A stretch of 64,000 nt of DNA from Octopus sinensis (lineage: Eukaryota): contig NC_043003.1 of assembly GCF_006345805.1 (NCBI RefSeq), positions 84,320,001 to 84,384,000 on the forward strand, in the 5' to 3' direction. The translations under genes were made by a program, and so were the position numbers. Of this stretch, positions 26,301 through 40,240 are shown piece after piece; position 1 is the stretch's first letter, and every line of letters begins with the position of its first letter. The notes below the pieces were generated by a model, which worked only from the letters and a program-made list of their open reading frames with translations, did no database searches and had not been told where the DNA came from.

Positions 26301-27539
26301 ACATATCTGCGTACCTCTCTCTCTCTCATAAAGTATATATATTCGAATATATGACAAAATTTCATTTATATATATATATATATATAATTTATCATCCGGA
26401 GGGAAACTGGCTCTAACCTTGAGTTTCATGAAGCGTGGGACGCATTGCAATCATCAACAAATCACAAACTGAAACTTGTTTGAAATGTAACTACGCTTCA
26501 TGAAACTCAGAGTTTCAGCCACATTTTCGTTCTGACCAATGGATTTAGTCTTTATAACTAGTCCGTTATTTGAAAGTTTTCGTAACATCAATATAATGTT
26601 TGTGTGTGTGCGTGAGAGAGAGAGAGAGAGAGAGAGAAAGAGCATGCATGTATGTATATACATATATATGCACATATATGTGTATACGTATAATATCAGT
26701 ATATTACTCTCTTCAAGCCAATTGAAAGGATTTTATTTCTTTCAAATTTCACATGGTCAACACAAGAAAAGAAAAAAAATGCAATTATTGCTGTCATATG
26801 GGCGTAACACAGCGATTCAATAATTGCCAACATGCTATATGTGGAAAGACCTTTTTTTCATGAAGTTCAGATGACATAGGAAGCCTCTGACAGGAACGCA
26901 TCAACGGTATAAAGGAGAAAAATATTTTCTAAACGTTCGATCACTCTAAGGACACCGCAATTCATCCGATTCAAAACATTATCGATGATGATCCCCAAAA
27001 AATCAATAAGGATCATCGCCAAAAATCTTCATGTATTGAAGTGAATTATCAAAAATGTGTGATGCAATGAAAGCTGTATATACAGAAAACAGACCAATTC
27101 GTGCGTGAAAAGAGACAGATAACCCGTGTGATCTGTGCCACGGAACATGGCATACTTTGGTACTCCTCCAATGGGAAAAAACACCAACCAATGGCAAATG
27201 GGAAAACACCAACCAATGCCAAAACAGAAAAAATGCCAAACGGTTATGTGCAGATCCTTCTAACGTTCCCACGTTACCTAAAAATGGATATCAGACAATC
27301 TTTACGATTAGGTAACATCAAATTTGTGGCCTCTAAACTCGCTCGCTAGATTTACCTTTAATGGACTACTAAGTTTGGAGTATTGTTGAAAGGGAGTCTA
27401 ATTTATATCCTCAAAATATCGTAGTTTCACTGAACGCCATCACTAACCAGGTGATGTCCGAAATGGACACGAAACATTTAGTGCAGGCATAGTAGTGATT
27501 CCGGTTCCGCATTAAAAAAGTCATCGAAGCGGAAGACGG

Positions 27540-28520
27540 ATCCAAGCCTACTGAAAGAATTTATGCTCAAACAAAAAAAACCGTCACTACTTATAGAAAA
27601 TAGTATTCAGAGGCCTATGAAAATACCCACACAACAACAGAGGACAACACAAAGAAGAGAAAAACAAGAACATATCATACCATTTATAGCGACCCACAAT
27701 TCCTGCCACCAAATCATCTTCAATATCGCTAAAGCAAACCTACCAATCATTGCTCAAAGTAAGGAATTAAGAGATATCATTACAGACTAAACTATAACTC
27801 TCAGTAAAAGACAGCCTAAAAGCTTGAAAACGTTAACAAAGGCAAGGTTTGACCTTAGCAACAAAGAACAACCATTCCCTGTGTCTAAATGCAATATTAG
27901 CCGATGCGGTACATGCCAATTAATTCATACTGGCCCATATATGAACACAAAAACGGGGAAAGTATTCACAAACGCAAATATGAACTGCAAAAGCAGAAAT
28001 TTAATCTACGGCATCGAATTTCCGAATTGTGAAGAACTGTATGTTGGCCAGACAGGCAATCCACTATTAGAATGCTCACGTGTGCATCGACAACAAATTA
28101 AGAATCCAGAAGACCGCCAAATACCGCTGAGTAAACCATCTAGCAACATGTGGCCGGAAAATATTTATAATATTTCCATTTCATAAACTATACAATCCGA
28201 ATGAAATCGAGCGAAAACCCAAACTTAGTAAACAATGATAAAAAATGATCTTATTTAAGCTTTAAAAGTTTTACCCCATATCTAAAAAATAAAAATCTCT
28301 AAAAAGTACTCCTGTCATCACTATAAAATGGTATGGGATCATTTCTAAAAATAGCTAAGCAACTACAACTTCTATCCACAGGAATGTATATAAACGACAA
28401 AATTTAACCAGTCAACTGCAGTTGAAACCAATGAAAACAACTGTCACCAACACCATATGAACCTGAAGATTACATAAATGCAAGAAGGTATATGAGTTCA
28501 ATAAGAATGGATATTTAATA
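27540..28520 (+). mobile_element. Penelope-like retroelement remnant (linker, GIY-YIG endonuclease and 3' region), disrupted
   Basis: LKEFMLKQKKPSLLIENSIQRPMKIP..IIPFIATHN; LSKRQPKSLKTLTKARF; CNISRCGTCQLI..MNCKSRNLIYGIEFPNCEELYVGQTG is the PLE-type CxxC plus GIY-YIG signature. Stops and frameshifts present. CCTGAAGAT motif near 28463. Confidence 0.8.
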
Positions 28521-28666
28521 TTTCATTTGTTCAATAAGAATAGGCAATTAATACTTCATTGCATTTCTTTTTGCTATATTATTTTATATCTTATTATATC
28601 TTATATTATATATATATATATTTGTTGTGCAAGATTTTTTATGTGAAGTCGTGTGTTGAAACAGAT

Positions 28667-28949
28667 ATTGTTATATTTCGGAATGGTCATTTTGCCAGTT
28701 TAGCCAATAAAGACACACACACTATATATTTGGTGTTATTTTACTTCAGTGTTATTTATTTTTTACTTTAATCTTAAAAACAAAGGACCAATGATGCGGT
28801 CACAGGAGTGTGACGAAAGAACTCTGGCCGAAATAAGACTAAGATTAATGTAAAAAATAAATAACACTGAAGCAAAATAACACCAAATATATAGTGCGTG
28901 TGTCTTTATTGGCTAAACTGGCAAAATGACCATTCCGAAATATAACAAT
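28667..28949. repeat. Inverted repeat, 110-bp arms with a 63-bp spacer
   Basis: 28667-28776 versus 28840-28949, about 3 mismatches. Confidence 0.92.
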
Positions 28950-28993
28950 GCATATATATATATATCGAAGATAGTGATGCAACATATATACAT

Positions 28994-29208
28994 ATATTCT
29001 TTTCTACTCTAGGCGCAAGACCCGAAATTTTTGGGGAGGGGTCCAGTCGATTGGATCGACACCAGTACGCAACTGGTACTTAATTTATGAACTCCGAAAA
29101 GATGAAAGGTACAGTCGACCTCGGCGGAATTTGAACTCGGAACGTAAAGACAGACGAAATAACTCTAAGCATTTCGTCCGGCGTACTTACGTTTCTGCCA
29201 GCTCACCG
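28994..29208 (-). mobile_element. Family A SINE
   Basis: Matches the other copies. Confidence 0.85.
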
Positions 29209-29689
29209 AATTATATATACATATATTCATACATACAATACACGCACGCACACACGTACACACGTACACACGTACAAACATAAATGTATGTATGTATGAA
29301 TGTATGCATATATTTGTATATATGCGCGCGTGTAAATATGTGTATAGATATTTAGGCATATAGAGATAAGTAGATCGATAATTGATCACAGCGAATAAGA
29401 GAAAACGAAGTTGAGAGAGAGAGGGTGAATGTAGAGAGATATAGGGAGTGTAAGTTGAGAGTATATATGTGACAGGAAAACGTGAAAATGAGAATGGCGG
29501 GAAAATAAAGAGAATATTAAGCAGAGTTATGGTTGTAGATGGAACGTAAATGATAGATGATCATTGTGGCAAGCTTCAGGTGGATGAATCACCCAGTACG
29601 TAAGCACATTTCCGTTGACCTATCTACTCTTATGTGTATGTGTGTCTGTAATTGTAGCAGTATGTGATGTGGAGAATGCCATGATGATA

Positions 29690-29910
29690 AAACTAAGGGA
29701 TATCATCCAGATAAAAACCGCAAGAATGCTCAGCCATGCGCTGATTATGTTCACGAAAAGAAAAGTGAGAGCTTCTCTCGTGTAGAAGGCAGAGTGGAAA
29801 GAGGTAGAGGACGAGGAAGACCTCCTGAGACTATGGAGGAGAACATAGCTAACATGGCCTTTTGAAAGTGTTGGATGGAAACTGGATGGAAAGCTATAGT
29901 CACCTAATGC
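29690..29910 (+). mobile_element. RTE-like LINE 3' fragment
   Basis: EGRVERGRGRGRP motif typical of the RTE ORF end. Confidence 0.4.
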
Positions 29911-30146
29911 TACTTGGAACTAAACTAAGCTAAGCTACATGCATCAAAGACACACACACACGTGTGTGCGTGCGCGGCCATGTATATGTGTGTGTATGTA
30001 TGTGTAAATATAATATGCATGCAAACAGATCACAGATTCGTACACACAATGCTCACAGACACATACGCTCTTAGGCATCGAAACCGCAAGAATCCCTTAA
30101 CGAATAGCGGACGAGGGGTATTTTTCGTACGCTTTCATCGTTTATG

Positions 30147-30183
<37 letters not shown>

Positions 30184-30184
30184 G

Positions 30185-30380
30185 AACTTACAAAATAAAA
30201 AAGAAACAAACAAAAGACGAAGACGGGTGTGTAAACAACAAACAGATGCATTAGTTTAACGCTCGGGAAGTGAGAAAGTTCTTTTACGTTTCGGACCTAC
30301 GCTCTTCGACAGAAAGGAACACAGAAATAAACAAGGAGAGAAAAAAAAACGGTTTAGTGACTCACAATCTATCATGGCGA
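30185..30380 (-). repeat. Short Penelope-terminus-like repeat
   Basis: Same family as 1390-1545; flanked by (TA)n. Confidence 0.6.
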
Positions 30381-30786
30381 ATGCCGGACAGACAGTATAT
30401 ATATATATATATATATATATACTCTCGACTGCAACAAAAGCGAGAAATTTAGAACAGCAACGGAAAAATTCTTTCACTTTCAATAAATAAAGTCTACTTT
30501 AGGTATTGAATAAATGTTATCATGTTTGTACACCTAAAAATTTGTGTGTACACGCGCGTGTATACAAACGTATATATATATATACATAGGACGAGAAAGA
30601 GAGACAATAAGACAGAGAAAGACACAAGCATGCAGAAGACTGAATAAGACTAGCAGAGAAGAGTAATAGTGAAAGATGGAAATAGAAAAACAGAGAGAAT
30701 CGTAGAATGGCTAGAGACAGACGGGTTGTGAGAGATAGAAAGAGAGAAAGAATTGGTGTGTGTGTGTGTGTGTGTGGAGTGCGTGC

Positions 30787-30824
<38 letters not shown>

Positions 30825-30953
30825 TATAAATAAATTAGGAAATAAATGAGACAACATGAAAATAGTTAATCAAATCCAAAGAAACCACAAACTGATTTCA
30901 TACGAATTTCCTTCCTGTCATCTTTTCATCTTTCATCTCCCAATACCAATACC

Positions 30954-31027
<74 letters not shown>

Positions 31028-31915
31028 ACAAACACACACACACACACAAACACACACAAACACACACACACATACACACAGTATTAGCATCCAACCATCA
31101 CTAACAACAACATTATCACCACAACCACCACTACCATCATGCCATACGCTAAATACACAACTCCAACCACTCCCCCATTATTTCATCACGTTACCCATTG
31201 GTATACTACCACTCCAACAATACAGACTCTTTACTCCACCCCATCCATTAACATTATACCAGCACACTCACTCACTACTATCACCTACATCTCTTTACAC
31301 CACTACCAGCACTGCACTAACGCCACAACCCCACTAGCACGAATTTGCAACTCCACCGTACCACCATCACCACCACCACTACCACCGCCACTCTTTCTAC
31401 AGTGCACATTGCCACTGCTACATTCTCCACATTCCCGGAGACAGTAACACCCACACACCCACACCCACTCAGACATCATTAGTACCATCCACCCCACCCC
31501 CACACATACACACAACACACGCACACACACACCTCCATCACAACCACCACCACCACCAACACCAACACCTACATCTGAACAGCTGTTTCCAACATACCAC
31601 CTGCACTGTTTTTGAACAAGAAACTAGCTATCGATCGCTATCTCCAGCAGCCAAGACATCGAAGATCGATACCCCGTTCATCCTCCTTCAATAGTGCCAT
31701 ATAGTGGCTTACTTCCATTACGTCACTGCTTCACCTAGCTGCTGCTGCTGCTGCTGCTGCTACGGCTCTTACTGCTCTTGCTGCTGTTGTTGATGGTGCT
31801 GCTTAGATATTACATTGTTAGAAGGAATCCATTCTACTTGTCTGTCTTTGAGTTCGATTTTGATATTTTCACCATCGGCAGCAGTTGGGTAGCAACTAAA
31901 TATTTACGTGGTGTG

Positions 31916-31946
<31 letters not shown>

Positions 31947-31998
31947 TGTGTGTGTGTGTGTGTGCGTGCATGTGAGGTACATATACAGGTATGATTGT

Positions 31999-32036
<38 letters not shown>

Positions 32037-32198
32037 ATATATAATATATATATGCGTATACTATCGATACATACTTGCATGCGTGTGTGTGTGCAAATAT
32101 TGGCATGTGTGTGTCAATATATGTATACATATATATATACACACACATACAGATATATTTGTACAAGTACATATTGATTTTAGAATATATGTATATGA

Positions 32199-32259
<61 letters not shown>

Positions 32260-32260
<1 letters not shown>

Positions 32261-32546
32261 CCCTCTTATTTACTTTACTATATATATACATATGTATATA
32301 TATATATGTATATATAGCCCTCTTATTACTTTACTATATATATATATGTATATATATATATGTATATATATGTATATATATATCCCTCTTATTTACTTTA
32401 CTATATATATATATAGTATATATATATATGTATATATATGTATATATATATATATATAGCCCTCTTATTTACTTTACTATATATATATATATATGTATGT
32501 ATATATATGTATATATATATATATATAGCCCTCTTATTTACTTTAC

Positions 32547-32577
<31 letters not shown>

Positions 32578-32578
32578 G

Positions 32579-32618
<40 letters not shown>

Positions 32619-32637
32619 GCCCTCTTATTTACTTTAC

Positions 32638-32668
<31 letters not shown>

Positions 32669-32704
32669 GTATATATATATATAGCCCTCTTATTTACTTT
32701 ACTA
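32260..32704. repeat. Compound minisatellite: fixed core plus variable (TA)n
   Basis: Seven copies of (g/t)ccctcttatt(t)actttacta separated by TA-rich tracts. Confidence 0.95.
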
Positions 32705-33462
32705 TATATATATATATATGTATATTATATATATATATATATATATAATATATATATATATATATTATATATATATATATACGTATATATATACGTATGT
32801 ATGTATATATGTATATGTATACTTATAATTTTGCATATACATGTATACCTATTTATATAAAATGCACGTAAGCACTAATTTAGATTTACCTGGGGACTAG
32901 ATAACAAAAACAGTAACAGTTACCAGCAAAGATAGATCTAATACTTGTCGGTTTTCAGGCTTTCTTTGTTTTCTTATATAATATAGAAAATGTCCACTTA
33001 ACCAACTGCGATGTCATTTTAAATGACTTGATATTCTTTTTGGGTCCGCTATATCAACTAAGTAAGCCAGCACTTAACCATATATTCTTTATGCAGAAGG
33101 CACTCCTGGGAAATTTTTACAGCATGAAATAATGGGTCCTTTATGACTATCAAAATGTAGTATTTGAGCAATGGTTTGGTAAAAAAAATAAATTGAAGTA
33201 GCAGAAGCTTTAAAATTAACCAGAAACCGAGATACAATGTGAAATACATGAGTTTCTGATATCAGAGCTTTGTGTACAGGCCCTGAATGCTTTAGAGCTG
33301 GAGCGATATATTTTTTAGTTGTTAAGATCTTATAACTACAACCAAGCGCTAGCAGTGTTAAAGCCCCCAAGGAAATCTAGGAGATACAGCCCTTTGTTTT
33401 ATGTCAAACAACGCTTTTTTAAGTATAAGGTTATTTAGACAGTAAGAAGGAAAGAATATATA

Positions 33463-33868
33463 TACTCTTTACTCTTTTACTTGTTTCAGTCATTTGACTG
33501 CGGCCATGCTGGAGCACCACCTTTAGTCGAGCAAATCGACCCCGGAACTTATTCTTTGTAAAGCCAGTACTTATTCTATCGGTCTCTTTTGCCGAACCGC
33601 TAAGTGTCGGGGACGTAAACACACCAGCATCGGTTGTCAAGCAATGCTAGGGGGACAAACACAGACGCACAAACATATACACACACATATATATATATAC
33701 ATATATACGACGGGCTTCTTTCAGTTTCCGTCTACCAAATCCACTCACAAGGCTTTGGTCTGCCCGAGGCTATAGTAGAAGACACTTGCCCAAGATGCCA
33801 CGCAGTGGGACTGAACCCGGACCATGTGGTTGGTAAGCAAGCTACTTACCGCAGCCACTCCTGCGCCT
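33463..33868 (-). mobile_element. Family B SINE
   Basis: Near-identical to 22011-22415 and 44022-44424. Confidence 0.92.
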
Positions 33869-33999
33869 ATATATATATATATTTAAAAAACATTTACATA
33901 TTAAACTATAGACGTTCAAAATAAGATTACGTGAATTCACACACACAGTAATTAAATACATCCTTTAGATTAACTAAAACTGTAGTCTGTATGCTTCTA

Positions 34000-34800
34000 C
34001 TTACTATCCTCCCCAATCTTTCCATACCATACATCATCCACACGCAAGCGAGACATTAAGTTAATAAGCAAAGACCTTGAGAGAATCTTCGAGGATGTAG
34101 AGATGTAGAGCATGCCAACCTTGCCTTTTTAACATTAAAAAACTTCAAGCCCTATTCATATCAGGAAAGATCACAGCACCACACTCTCTCTTACCATGAG
34201 CTAGAGTTCTCACAATGGCTCCAAATACTGGGCCTCATTCACACAGAATATTTCTTCAGGCCAAAACACATCTCTAGCCTAGTTAAGACTACATTCCAAC
34301 AAACTGGCCCTTCTCTTTAAAGCCAGAAAATATTTTATCCCGCAGAATCAGTAGCTGACATTCTAAACGGTTCAAATGAGATTCCACAACAAATTACTAC
34401 GCTCATATCGAGGGCGAGGCTACTATGTACACTGATATCATGGAACGAATCCAGAGAAGGGCCACTCGGCTGATTGGTAACGACTAACAGAAACGCTTGA
34501 GCCTTTCCCATGTTCTTTCTCTGTCCTTTTTATGGTTATTGTGATAAACTCTGCTCTTCAAAACTGTCTAACCTCACCCTCAGTAGTCCCCGAACCACTT
34601 ATCTTTCGACCCCACGTCATCCTTGTTGCATCCAAACAGTCTTTTCTTCAAACCATTATACTCAATCTTTTGTTTCCAAAATAGGGTCTCCCCGACTCTT
34701 TTCCTTGCTTAGGTATTTCCAGCTAGAGTCCCAGAAGGCTTGCAAGAGGCACAATGGGTTCTGTCCCTTTATCCATACTCAGTAACTCTCCCCACCCCTT
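34000..34800 (+). mobile_element. Degenerate LINE (CR1/Jockey-group) RT C-terminal fragment
   Basis: MERIQRRATRLIGN, then FYGYCDKLCSSKL..HPCCIQ..NHYTQSF, resemble the conserved C-terminus of CR1-like RTs; many stops. Confidence 0.55.
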
Positions 34801-35290
34801 CACACGTGACCAACGGCCATCCATCTTTCTTTGTTCCACTGCCTTCCTAAAGACAAGATGTGCTTTTACCTGTCTCTTCCCAAAGCTCATTTTTCCAACG
34901 TTCACCGCTTCACATCATCTTGACTTAACAACCCTCACCGTTTGCTTTTACTGTTTTATTCTCACTGTCCTGTTTTTGTTACCACTTTCACCTTCCGCAA
35001 AAAATCCCAAATTTTATTTAATTTGCTTTGCGGGAAGGACAGTTTTAACGAAGTCATGTCTTGTCCCTACCTTCGAAATGCGGACTAGATAAAACAGGGG
35101 ACAACGGATGAAGGGAATGTTCTTTATGTTGCCTGTCTCATTTCTCTGTTTCTTTCGATGTTCGAAAAAAAGTTCGTTTTCTGTTTTTGTTTTTATGTTC
35201 TCGTTTCTCAGTATCTCAGTTTGTTTACATTTTGTTTTTGATGTCCTGTACCCATGTATGCATGTATATATACATAAATATGTAGGTATG

Positions 35291-35329
<39 letters not shown>

Positions 35330-35596
35330 GAAATATGTTACGAAAAGAAAATATAAAATACACGTGGAAATGTAAGAGTAAAAAATGAAAAATCAACGAA
35401 AATGCATATTGCAGATAGAAAAAGGCTATTTATGACAGGTAGTGACAAATATATACATATACATTTAGATTGACTGAGGTAGTAATACGAGTCATAAAGG
35501 TCATTATTATGAGATGATTGTAAGATGATAATAATAATAAAGTAAGAGAACAAAACGAACCAATTGGTTTACGCAAAGCTATTCATCGTTTGATGA

Positions 35597-35627
<31 letters not shown>

Positions 35628-35915
35628 TAGCACTCCGTCGGTTACGACGACGGAGATGCCAGTTGATCTTATCAACAGAAAGCCTGCCAGTGAAATTAAC
35701 ATGCAAGTGGCTGAGCACTGCACAGATACGAGAACCCTTATCGTAGTCCTCAGTGGGATCCGACGCGGTTCAGAATGTGACAAGCTGCCCTTTGAAATAC
35801 ATTTTCGCCAGCTGAGCAGACAGGAGCAACGTGAAATAAAGAGTTTCGCTCAAGAATACAACACGCTGCCAGGAATCGAACTCCCGACCTTGCGATCGTG
35901 AGCTGAATACTCTAA
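35628..35915 (-). mobile_element. SINE with C-type head and tail D
   Basis: Tail (...CGTAACCGACGGAGTGC) shared with 36822-37090 and 63731-64000. Confidence 0.8.
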
Positions 35916-36821
35916 CCACTAAATAATCACAACATATGTATGCACGTATACCGAAGCCAGTGTAATCATATCTCTCTACATATCTTCTTTATACAATATT
36001 GTGTGTCAAGCATTTTATATAATATAATACTCAACCAACTAACGAGTGTGTGTGCGTTTGTGTGTTAGCGTGTGTATGTGTGTGTGTGGAGAAAGAGAGA
36101 GAGAGGGGGAGATAAGATAGCGTTGTAATTGTGTCTGACAAAGTGTGAAGTGTGTAAATGCGTCAAATCTAATTTGCATAAGTTTGTCACTTAATGTCAG
36201 CCTGACGTAAAAATAAATGTAATTTTCGCTTGTAAACAACTTATTTTGTTTTAATTCATCAATTTGCCTCTAAATAGAGTATAGAAGAAAAAAAATACAT
36301 CAAACTCGTTTTGCCGAAGAAAATACGTTTTGTAATTTTTATATAACTTTTATATTAATGTATTTTAAGAAGAATCAAATAATTTTATCTTGTTTTCTGC
36401 CTCTTTTAAATTACTGATTTTGTTTTTAATAGCTTAGTTGTGTAAACTAACAATCGATCACAGACAGAAAAACCTCCAAGCATCCTAGTAGTTACATGCA
36501 GCTTAAAAATATTGACACTGTCTTCTTTTTCTTTTATTCTTCTTTTTGTTTCAGTTAACTGCAAAGTCAGTCATAGTGAAGTGCATGGCCAAGTGGTTAG
36601 AGCGTTCGATTCACAATCGTTGGGTGGCGAGTTCTGTTCTGGAACTAGGCAGCACTTTTTTATTTCACGTTCCTGCAGTATACTCAGCTGACAATGAGTA
36701 CAGGTGGTACCAGCAGTTTAACTCTGCTACAGACTGTCGCTCCATTCAGGGTGGGAGTCTTGTATTTTTAGCCTAAAGCACCTTGATAATCCGTATGGGC
36801 TCCGACTTCATGAATTGACAC

Positions 36822-37090
36822 TGTCTGTTACGACGATGGAAGTTTTAGTTGGTCCGATCAATGGAACAGCTTGCTTGTGAAATTACTGTGCAAGTGGCTG
36901 TGCACTCCTCAGGCACGCGTCCCCCAAACGTAGTTCTCAGATAGATTTAGCGTGACACAGATTATGACAAACACGGCCCTTTGAAATGCAGGCACTACTC
37001 ATTTTTGCAGCTGAGTGGCCGGGAGGAACGTGAGATAAAGTGTTTTGTTCAAGGTCACAGCATGCTGCCAGGTATCGAACACACGATCTT
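36822..37090 (-). mobile_element. SINE with C-type head and tail D, diverged
   Basis: Colinear with 35628-35915. Confidence 0.75.
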
Positions 37091-37329
37091 ACTGCTTACA
37101 TCAGTGGTCCACAGGTTGTAGGCAGGAGTCTTGTATATCGTAGATAACTTTGCCCCGGGAAAGATATTAAACTGCATCCGGTGATGACTACCGTTCAAGA
37201 GTTTAGGAGTCTGAGAGTGAATGGAGATACTCCTTCGTCACTACTACTACTACAAGGTTCGCTCAGGGTCCGAGGTGATAATACTGATCGACAGACCTAG
37301 TAATGGGTTAAGTAGCTCAAGATGGCCCT

Positions 37330-37445
37330 GTGAATTAGGAATACAGGATCAAAAGAAGGGCTGGCCACTGGACATGTGCTGTACAGGCCTACTGATGTGT
37401 GGACATGTCTTACTGTTACGTGAATCAGTCTCCCGGCCCAAAGGT
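37330..37445 (+). mobile_element. Possible RTE-like fragment
   Basis: LMCGHVLLLRES resembles the RTE LxWxGHVxR motif. Confidence 0.25.
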
Positions 37446-37619
37446 TAAGTAAGCTCTATGCTTTAAGAGTAAGTTCGAAAGAGCAGGAGACTAGCATAGG
37501 GAGCTGTAAATAAACGGGTAAAAAGCAATGGGAAGCTACTGTTGTATCTTTCTCAAGAAAAGTGACGAATCTTCAGGTTCTGAACGCCCATTATTGCCGA
37601 CGCCTATAGACATGGTACC

Positions 37620-37679
<60 letters not shown>

Positions 37680-39336
37680 AAGAGAGAGAGATCCCACACA
37701 CAATTTCTGTTCTAGTTAGCCACATACAATACATTTTCCTTTTTGTTTTGTCTAGTAACACAATGAAACCATCGCAGTAGATTTGAACTGACGACTCCAT
37801 TAGTTCGTATCATAGTACATTATTCCCTATACCATTTGTCTCCGACAGTACTATTTTTATCACCATTTGTCTCTTTTACCATTTGTCTCTTTCACTGTTT
37901 GTCTCCTATGGCTATTTTTATCTCGTTCGTAATATGTTTTCCACGTCTCAGCAACAATAAACTTTGAGTTGTGTTATTTTTGCGTAATTCTTCTGAATAT
38001 TTGCTTGTTTGCTACAGACATGAAAACTGTTGGGTTCCCACACCCCAAGTGGAGGTTAGGGGGCGAAAGCAACGCATAAAGAACCATTACTGCCATCCCA
38101 AACACAAATGATTATAACATTCAATTAGGAGCAAGAGTTCAAGTTTATTTTCCTTGTAAACAAAGCTTCCACACCCAATACTGTTACAGCTAACACCAGC
38201 ACCGGCATCGCCACCACCATTGAGCCATTAGCATTTAAAATATCACCCTTTATAATAGGGAGTTCAGGCTAACCTTCAACTACACCAGTACAATAAATTT
38301 GATGGTTACTAAGTTGGCACAGGGTCATGAATATTTTGGGAGTATAGTCGATTAAATCGGCTCCAGGTTTTCACATGTCTTTATAAAGGATGTAGACACT
38401 TTTGAAGTGTAGTGCGAGAAGAGTTGTCTGAAAAAATGAGAGGGATGGTCATAGTTGGAATGTTGTTTTTTCTAATAGAACAGCTCATCAGAGCTGAGTT
38501 GGACTGAAATGACGATGACGACGACGACGACGACATCACCAAGGGTATCTATGCGATCGTTTGATGTGTTGGACAAAGTAAGCAAAATTCTTTCAAATCA
38601 TAATTTACCGTCTTACAGAAAGGAAGAATGCATTGCTGAAGATATTCAGAGGTACACAAAAAAGGCAGGAAGGTCGCGGCCGGAACGCCTATGTCATAGC
38701 TCTGCTCGAACAGGGCTTGTTTGGATGAAAGAACAAAAACAACAACAGCGGCGACTACTACTACTACTACGCTTTGGCTGAACCGATAAATTTGCGTCTA
38801 CGCGGTTGTTTGATCCATCAAAAATAAAAACGAAATTCTTTCATATTACACCTACTGTCATATATAAAAGAACGACCATTGGCCAAAACATGTATGCTTT
38901 GGGCTCATGAGTTTTCTTGAATAGGGCTAAAACTACGTCAATCTGGGGCTAAAACTACGTCAATAACCTCAAGAAAAATTGCCGCTATTCTAAGAAAAGA
39001 ACTAAGGTTATGATAAAATGAAGCTGGAACCAAAGTGTAGCATAGTGCAAGACAATATTCATTACGGTTGCCAAGGTTGAGACGAAGTTTACAGTATGTA
39101 TTACATTGTCAAGAGTGATTCCTCGTTAAAACTGATATTTAAACCCTTTGTAAAGTATTTCACACAAGAACAAAGTGAAAAATAAAACCATGGGAAATTA
39201 AAGTGTTCAGTGATGCCAATGTATTTTTGTATGTGTCATAGCAGAAGGGGGAAAAGGGGTTAATATTCCCATCATTTCAAAAATGTTGCTCTGTCTTTTA
39301 TGTAATGACCTGAAGAATTTCAATATCTATAGACAT

Positions 39337-39403
<67 letters not shown>

Positions 39404-40240
39404 GGTGCGCTCGCACGTGTGCGTCTGTGTGTGTATGTGTGTATGCAAAACCAAAATATGGGTATGTGAGAAAACAAAATATACAAAGTTTTCTAAGGCA
39501 TTTATTATCAAACCCCAGATATTTTCAACCGATATGAAACTCTATAAATATGTATACTGTGTTGAAAATTGTTCATCCTAACCAGCCTAACACAGTTATC
39601 TTCCCTTTGTTTTTAATCTCAACTGTAGAGGCGTTAATCTCCAACGACATGTTCGTCATTTCCTTCATATTGCATAACACACTAGAAATTATTCTATGAA
39701 TTTACGTAAATAACACACGCATGCGCAAACACATAACAAACGCACGCACGCATATACAGAAAAAACAAACACAAATACGTACACGCGCACGCGCACATAG
39801 AAATGCAAAACAAACGAACCGACAGGGAATCCCCTACACTGTTGTTCTACCTATTAGAAATAGCAGCCTACAGTTTTAGAAAATGAAGGACACATCAATA
39901 AATGCAGTCCAGTGTACACTGTGCTTGAAAAAATACAGAGTGGTCGTAGCTGAAATGCACTTGATCATAAATCTGCTCGAACAGACTCGACCTGGGGCTA
40001 AAAACAACAATAACAACACAACGATATGAAACACATAAATAACTCGTTAATACACACACGAATGTCAAAATGGTTCAATTAACCGAGAGATAATTAAAAA
40101 TACATCTATTTAGGGATGTCTGTTTGAAGAATTATCAATAATGACGTGACATTATGAATGAATTTGCTGATATGCTAAACGCAAGACCGAAATCTCCCTG
40201 AAATCTCACCGAAAAACGTAAATGGCTTACATATATATAT

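Noticed and set aside
28794-28810. 16-mer gtcacaggagtgtgac also present on the minus strand near 51062-51077
   Set aside because: A few 16-nt matches are expected by chance in a two-strand comparison of 64 kb, and the flanks do not align.
32260-32704. CRISPR-like repeat-spacer appearance
   Set aside because: The spacers are only TA microsatellite, there are no cas genes, and the context is eukaryotic.
33098-33330. Protein-like fragments (KALLGNFYSMK*WVLYDYQNVVFEQWFG; EIHEFLISELCVQALNALEL)
   Set aside because: Stops and frameshifts are needed to join them and I recognise no family, so a pseudogene call is unsupported.
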